Positions 37,120 through 39,922 of a stretch of DNA of 39,922 bases are shown here, one piece after another. This DNA comes from an uncultured bacterium (lineage in GTDB: Bacteria > Patescibacteriota > Minisyncoccia > Phycocordibacterales > UBA918): assembly GCA_913046815.1 (NCBI GenBank), contig CAJWTE010000002.1, positions 1 through 39,922 on the forward strand, written 5' to 3'. The first letter of the stretch is position 1. Every line of letters begins with the position of its first letter. The notes under the pieces are model-generated. The model saw nothing but the letters and a program-made list of their open reading frames with translations. It was not told where the DNA came from and ran no database searches. Both the position numbers and the translations under genes were made by a program.

Positions 37120-38790
37120 CTAATTGTGGATAAGATCAGGTCGATTTTCACTCATCCACTCAAAGACATCGCCCATGATTCTGGTAGCACCCAAACTATT
37201 ACTTCGAGGTGCCTTATCCATGAGTAGAATGAATGCATATTTAGGTTCTTCGTAGGGCCAAAAGCCAGCCGCCCAAGAGTTTACAAAAGCGTTGTCCGCC
37301 CCCAACTCTGCCGTTCCAGACTTTGCGGCGATAGCAACATCGCTCCTCTCCAAAGCTCTTGCTGTACCTCCGTCATAATTGACAGTCTTTCTCATTCCTT
37401 CATGGATGATTTGTAAGTAGTCCGGATCTAAAACAATATCGGTATAATCACCTTGCTGGCCAAGCATAAAATGTGGAGTAAATAGCTTTCCTCCATTAGC
37501 AATTGCTCCGTATGCCCGCAACATCTGAATAGGGGTGGCCAAAAAACCATACTGACCGATGGAAGTGAAATATGTGTCACCCAACCTCCAGTCATCTTCA
37601 AAGACAGCCTCTTTCCACTCTGGGTTAGGCACAACTCCAGACTGTTCATTAGCTAGTATAATTCCGGTTTCACTTCCCAATCCAAACTCAGTAAAATACT
37701 TATGTAATCGAGTGATGCCTAAACCTTCTTGATCTTCAAAGCCACCACCGATGATATAGAAGTACACATTAGAAGAAAAAGCTATAGCCTCTCGCATAGT
37801 CATTGCTCCATGTTTCTTCCAATCATTAAAGACAGAGGGGTTACTGGCATTGTATGGATTAGGAATAGAAATACTGCCATTACTGACAATGACTTTATCG
37901 GGCGAAATTATCTCTTCTGCCAATGCAGCGTAGGCGACGATTGGTTTCACAATCGAGCCCGGAGTATATGCACCAGCCACTACCTTGTTTAAAAATGGAA
38001 ACCGATCATCACTGTTGTACGAAGCAATCAAATCGATGTCGTCCCCGTCAGCCATCACCTCCGGATCGTATGAAGGAAAACTTGTCATAGCAACAATTTC
38101 GCCAGTACGGACATCCATAACAGCACCAGCGCCACTCCTAAACCCAGCCTGTGCCGTCGAAGTTGCGATTATTTGATACATGGCCTCAGACAAACCCGCA
38201 TCTACTGACAACCACAATTCCTTACCTTCTACCGCTGGCTCAACAGTACCAGAGGATATAACCTCACCCAGCGCACTTCTTTCTATCAATTGACGACCGT
38301 TTTCACCGGACAATGAGTCGTCGAACGAACTCTCGACGCCGTTCCGACCCACGTACTCAGTACGAAAGTAAAAACCGCTACTATCTCGCATAGGATAGCT
38401 TACATAACCTAGCAACTGCCCTAGTCCCAGGCGATCTGTATAAGCTCTTACTGGAAAAGTGTAAGAATCTGTATAGTCTTGCTCGTTCCAAGCCAACACT
38501 TCACCATTTCTGTCGTATACCACCCCTCTCTCCGCTACAATCAATGCCTCATCTAGACTATTGTTTTCACTCAGTGCGAAATTGTGAGCACCATTTATAA
38601 TTTGTAGATCAGCCACGCGCCACACAAACCACAAAGTAATCAAAAGAAACAGACCCCCGATTAAGTAAATATTTCGTCGCAGCAATGGTAATTCTATTCG
38701 TCCCTCCATCCGACCCTGGTTAAAGGAAGGTATATTGGTTGAGTCCATTAATATTTGATCAAAATCTACATCCTTTCTTTTTTTAAACAT
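37120..38790 (-). CDS. mrdA: penicillin-binding protein 2 (MrdA-like)
   Basis: SIVK, SSN and KSG motifs; downstream of mreC/mreD. Confidence 0.85.
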   Translation of the reverse strand: MFKKRKDVDFDQILMDSTNIPSFNQGRMEGRIELPLLRRNIYLIGGLFLLITLWFVWRVADLQIINGAHNFALSENNSLDEALIVAERGVVYDRNGEVLAWNEQDYTDSYTFPVRAYTDRLGLGQLLGYVSYPMRDSSGFYFRTEYVGRNGVESSFDDSLSGENGRQLIERSALGEVISSGTVEPAVEGKELWLSVDAGLSEAMYQIIATSTAQAGFRSGAGAVMDVRTGEIVAMTSFPSYDPEVMADGDDIDLIASYNSDDRFPFLNKVVAGAYTPGSIVKPIVAYAALAEEIISPDKVIVSNGSISIPNPYNASNPSVFNDWKKHGAMTMREAIAFSSNVYFYIIGGGFEDQEGLGITRLHKYFTEFGLGSETGIILANEQSGVVPNPEWKEAVFEDDWRLGDTYFTSIGQYGFLATPIQMLRAYGAIANGGKLFTPHFMLGQQGDYTDIVLDPDYLQIIHEGMRKTVNYDGGTARALERSDVAIAAKSGTAELGADNAFVNSWAAGFWPYEEPKYAFILLMDKAPRSNSLGATRIMGDVFEWMSENRPDLIHN

Positions 38791-39013
38791 AGAGATGAGG
38801 TCTTACCAGTTCAGACAATAGCATAATACCGAATGCATACAGTGTGTATTGTCCAATCACAATTGAAGAGAAGTACAGATCAATACACAACGCCAAGCAC
38901 AAAACTGGCAATACAGACCAGCGAAGTGAATATAAAAGTGCTAATACAACCCAAATAATGAAAGATGAATAAAACGCAACGATTGTCAGAAATATCAAGG
39001 CTAGATATTTCAT
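38783..39013 (-). CDS. small membrane protein, MreD-like by position
   Basis: 76 aa, very hydrophobic, between mreC and the PBP2 gene. Confidence 0.55.
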   Translation of the reverse strand: MKYLALIFLTIVAFYSSFIIWVVLALLYSLRWSVLPVLCLALCIDLYFSSIVIGQYTLYAFGIMLLSELVRPHLYV

Positions 39014-39922
39014 AATTGCGACTCGCTACTAGCAGCAGTGGATGTGGCAGACGGTATTTCAATCAACATCCCCTCCGGCACAGCAGTAGTTGTAATATCA
39101 GTCTTCACCCGACTGACTATGTCTTCTACAGTTGCAAAATCTACAGGCTCAATAGAGCTTCTACCAATGGTTACCAGATACAAGCTATTCAAGTTCACCG
39201 GTAAAGAAACATAGCCAAACTGCTCTGGAGCCGAAGGATCTTTTTCAATATGAGTGATTTGGCCAAATACACCACTGTGGATGGTTGGTAAAATCACCAT
39301 ATCACCGACATTAAGTGCTATATCCTGTGGTACACCGATTTGTAAAATACCTCCACCGACACCAACTGCAGTAGTGTAAATATTGGGCCCCACTACATAA
39401 ACCGTCGATTCTAGTTTGGGGGTAGACACTAAAGTCACAACGGATGAATTTTTAAATACCCTACTCACAAATCCAACAACTACATCGTCAGCCAAATAAA
39501 CCGGTGCGTTTTCCTCCACTCCGGAAGATCTGCCTTTGTCCAACACCAAACTGTCATAAGGAACTTGGTTCGGTCTTAACAAAACACTGGCCAAGACCCT
39601 GTCACCACTACCTTCACCTACCATTCCTCTCAATGACCCATTTTCAAAGCGAAGCCTCTCGATAGTTAAGTGCCCGACTTTATCTTCAAGCATTTGGTTT
39701 TCCAATTCCTCAATTCTTCTCGCTGCCGCTGTGTGCGTCTTGAAGTAATGAGGTATTAACGCAGTTGATTCATTCCACCAGTAGCCCACCTTAACCATCG
39801 GCCACAAGATGACACTGGTAATACCTCTACCAACAGTGGGTGCAACAAGTGAAAAAAGCACCAACAAAACACCGGCTGCCATAACAACCTTAAATCTTTT
39901 CTTAGTTGAGTTGGGGCGATAA
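39010..39922 (-). CDS. mreC: rod shape-determining protein MreC (frame open to the window edge)
   Basis: TM, coiled coil (ENGSLR), LDKGRSSGV, VVGFV; the frame stays open upstream of 39882. Confidence 0.88.
   Translation of the reverse strand, partial: YRPNSTKKRFKVVMAAGVLLVLFSLVAPTVGRGITSVILWPMVKVGYWWNESTALIPHYFKTHTAAARRIEELENQMLEDKVGHLTIERLRFENGSLRGMVGEGSGDRVLASVLLRPNQVPYDSLVLDKGRSSGVEENAPVYLADDVVVGFVSRVFKNSSVVTLVSTPKLESTVYVVGPNIYTTAVGVGGGILQIGVPQDIALNVGDMVILPTIHSGVFGQITHIEKDPSAPEQFGYVSLPVNLNSLYLVTIGRSSIEPVDFATVEDIVSRVKTDITTTAVPEGMLIEIPSATSTAASSESQL

Overview
Chromosomal window that looks like a Patescibacteria/CPR (Parcubacteria-type) genome; this is inferred from gene content, order and protein style, not from a search. 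Most of it is housekeeping: ctpA-like protease, cysS, dnaB-recR, rplU, rmuC, P-type ATPase, truB, msrAB, Pif1-like helicase, ddl, a dcw fragment (mraZ-rsmH-ftsL-PBP-murF), lysS-greA and mreC-mreD-mrdA. The main point of interest is a ~7.4 kb island at the 3' end of tRNA-Glu(CTC) (20356-27846). It encodes a large serine recombinase whose apparent crossover site lies inside its own 3' end. The putative native C-terminal tail (EEILTxxRTxFE..) is detached and present in three copies, and one copy sits in an inverted 129-bp duplicate, so flipping the gene would restore a full-length recombinase. The island also carries nested inverted and direct repeats, a bistable-looking RNA, a Panacea toxin-antitoxin pair, an HTH/nucleotidyltransferase pair and a truncated dinD. 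Outside the island are two unannotated K/R-rich micro-ORFs beside rplU, a dispersed hairpin family, and a recurring leaderless-type promoter architecture.
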